Assembly: GCA_965205945.1 (NCBI GenBank)
Contig: CBDBIB010000003.1
Span: forward strand, 192,001 to 256,000
Origin: Bdellovibrionales bacterium
GTDB taxonomy: Bacteria; Bdellovibrionota; Bdellovibrionia; Bdellovibrionales; UBA1609
Reading direction: 5' to 3'
Length of the DNA: 64,000 nucleotides
Shown piece after piece: positions 62,109-64,000 of the stretch (the first letter of the stretch is position 1; each line of letters starts with the position of its first letter). The position numbers and the translations under genes were made by a program. The notes below the pieces were generated by a model. That model saw only the letters and a program-made list of their open reading frames with translations, searched no databases and was not told where the DNA came from.

Positions 62109-63004
62109 AAACAGCAGCTCTAGATTTAGGAAGTAATTCATTTCTTTGTTTAATATCTGAAAAACAGCCAGATGGAAGTTTAAAGGTGTTAAGTGATGGG
62201 TCAATTATTACTCGAATAGGGGAGGGTGTTCAAAAAGAAGGAAAGCTTACAAGGCAGGGTCTTTTAAGGGCAGCACAAGCCTTTAGTAGGTTTAGAGAGA
62301 CTATGGACAAATTTGTTGTGGAGCGAGTTCAAGCGGTTACAACATCTGCGGCAAGAGAGGCCTCTAATTTTTTAGAATTAAAAAATCTTGGTGAACAGTA
62401 TGGAATTCCAATAAAATTAATTTCGGGGGAAGAAGAAGCACAGCTTAGTTTTTCTGGAGCTGTGTTAGATAAGGCAAAGGAAAACTCCTTACTTTTAGAT
62501 ATTGGTGGTGGTTCTACTGAAATAGCTTATTTAAAAGAGGATGGTGGGTTTTTTTTTAAAAGCTTACCTTTAGGTAGTGTAAGGCTTGGAGAAATGTTTA
62601 TTTCAGATTGGGCAGGTTTAAAAAAAAAAGATTTGGAGAAAATGAGGGATCAAATTTCTAAGGTTTTAGAAGTTTCTTGGGGTAAAAAAAGACCATTAGA
62701 GAAATCTTGGATTGCTGTTTCTGGAACTCCAACTTCTTTAAAGGCTGTTGAGTTAAAAGGTTTTGATCCTGCTGTAATCAACAATTCTGTTATGAAAATA
62801 AAAGATATAAAGCGTATTAATCAAGAACTTGTTGCAATGCCACTTTTTCAACGTAGGAAAGTTCCAGGCCTAGAAGCAAAGCGAGCAGACATTATTCCTG
62901 TTGGAGGATTGATTTTAGAGGCGCTAATGAATTGGGCTGATATTAAAAGTATTAGAATTTCTACAGGGGGTTTAAGGTATGGTCTTGCTAAAGATTTTGT
63001 GTAG
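62105..63004 (+). CDS. ppx: Ppx/GppA phosphatase family
   Basis: DLGSNS, TSAAREA.N, ISGEEEA, DIGGGSTE, RADII..G. Confidence 0.9.
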   Translation: MKTAALDLGSNSFLCLISEKQPDGSLKVLSDGSIITRIGEGVQKEGKLTRQGLLRAAQAFSRFRETMDKFVVERVQAVTTSAAREASNFLELKNLGEQYGIPIKLISGEEEAQLSFSGAVLDKAKENSLLLDIGGGSTEIAYLKEDGGFFFKSLPLGSVRLGEMFISDWAGLKKKDLEKMRDQISKVLEVSWGKKRPLEKSWIAVSGTPTSLKAVELKGFDPAVINNSVMKIKDIKRINQELVAMPLFQRRKVPGLEAKRADIIPVGGLILEALMNWADIKSIRISTGGLRYGLAKDFV

Positions 63005-63416
63005 TTTTTTTATATTTTTTACTGCTGCAGATCAAAAAATTGAGTTTGAAACAAAAAAAATTATTATTCAAGGTGTAAGCATTAAGGTTGCAATAGCAGA
63101 TACTGCACAAAAAAGAAAGCAGGGTTTAATGTTTGTTGATAATTGGGATAAATATCAAGGAATGTTGTTTTCTTTTAAAAAGGATCGAGTCAGATATTTT
63201 TGGATGAAAAATACTTTTTTACCCTTAAGTATTGGGTTTTATGGATCAGATAAAAAATTATTTGAAATAAAAAAAATGAACCCAGCTAAAAGTCTAGCGC
63301 AAAAAAATGTGGCTAGGGTTTATAGCTCAAAAGCGGCAAAGTATGTTCTTGAGGTTCCACAAGGGTGGTTTAAAAAGCATAAAATTGTTATAGGTTCAAG
63401 TTTTAAGGAAATATAA
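62979..63416 (+). CDS. DUF192 family protein
   Basis: R.QGLMF, GMLF.F, FWMKNT..PLSI.F, YVLEV..G. Confidence 0.9.
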   Translation: MVLLKILCSFFIFFTAADQKIEFETKKIIIQGVSIKVAIADTAQKRKQGLMFVDNWDKYQGMLFSFKKDRVRYFWMKNTFLPLSIGFYGSDKKLFEIKKMNPAKSLAQKNVARVYSSKAAKYVLEVPQGWFKKHKIVIGSSFKEI

Positions 63417-63538
63417 AGGTCAAGCCTTTAGGAGTATAAAGGATGAAAAATATTTTTAATTAAGATAAAGTGTGCTTTACTGTTAAAACAAACCTCTAAA
63501 GTCTTTTTTTAAAGAGGTTTTAAACTTAGGAGCAAGAA

Positions 63539-64000
63539 ATGTTTAAAAAGGGATTTTTCTACATAGTGTTTATTATAATTATTCTTGGTGGTGTCGGTTG
63601 TAATTCGAGCAACAAACACGAGGGGGATGATTTAGATATTTCTGAAATACAAGAAATTGAAGAGACTGGAGAGTTTAGTGAGGATGAATTTTTCTCAGAT
63701 GAAGGAAATCCCCTTATAGAAGAAGAACAATTGGTTGATATTGTTCCTGGTTTAGAGGATGAGTTAGAAGGTGAAGTAGTAGGGGTAGAAAAAGATCTTG
63801 ATCTTACTGAAGATGAACTGGATTTAGGCAGTGTAAGCAAAAGTGATGAAGAGGATGCCATTGCATTTGATGATTTGTTTTTTAAAGATGATGTTAAAGA
63901 AAAAGAGGTTTCTGTTGTAGAAAATGATTTAGACTCATCAGATTTGAATTTAGATGATACTTCTTCTAGCTTAGAAGATGAAGTTGCAATAACTGATAAA
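63539..64000 (+). CDS. highly acidic lipoprotein, 5' part (runs off window)
   Basis: AGGAG RBS, MFKKGFFYIVFIIIILGGVGC lipobox, D/E-rich frame open to the end of the window. Confidence 0.75.
   Translation, partial: MFKKGFFYIVFIIIILGGVGCNSSNKHEGDDLDISEIQEIEETGEFSEDEFFSDEGNPLIEEEQLVDIVPGLEDELEGEVVGVEKDLDLTEDELDLGSVSKSDEEDAIAFDDLFFKDDVKEKEVSVVENDLDSSDLNLDDTSSSLEDEVAITDK

Noticed and set aside
63559..63861. Ser-rich 100-aa minus-strand ORF
   Set aside because: Antisense mirror of the acidic lipoprotein.
1..64000. CRISPR array, cas genes, rRNA, phage structural genes
   Set aside because: No regularly spaced repeats or recognisable motifs seen by eye.

Overview
AT-rich bacterial chromosome window. 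A Bdellovibrionota-like host is inferred from the short tmRNA tag GNDLQLAA, a TIGR02147/DUF4423-type protein, DivIVA, a GYF/PilZ protein and the ast-like cluster. Most of it is housekeeping: gshA, pepA, clpP-clpX-lon, dksA, xth, kdsA, ssrA, sfsA, nth, citrate synthase, rnr, valS, divIVA, parA-like, astC/A/D-mltG, bamD, hpt, yejM-like and gatCAB-ppx. Two accessory islands lie at the inward-facing 3' ends of tRNA-Val(TAC) and tmRNA. (1) A ~2 kb element is bounded by a 12-bp att repeat (CCCACCAATTGT, 11758-11769 and 13775-13786). Both copies are read in the same frame (TIGG), so excision would fuse the large-serine-recombinase C-terminus in frame to an HTH/DUF4423-type ORF whose HTH has no start codon. 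(2) A ~4.2 kb island carries a resolvase, cargo genes and an intact IS3-family element (18699-20377) with 32-bp perfect IRs. The IS has an unusual 8-bp target duplication in a 14-bp palindrome and interrupts a small ORF. Other oddities are a metal-ligand-less M20 protein in an astB-less ast operon coupled to mltG, a single-cysteine DksA, a peroxiredoxin/ATP-grasp pair, a secreted transglycosylase-like/protease pair and an orphan ParA with a non-ParB partner. No CRISPR array or rRNA was seen. All calls are from motif recognition by eye; no database searches were run.
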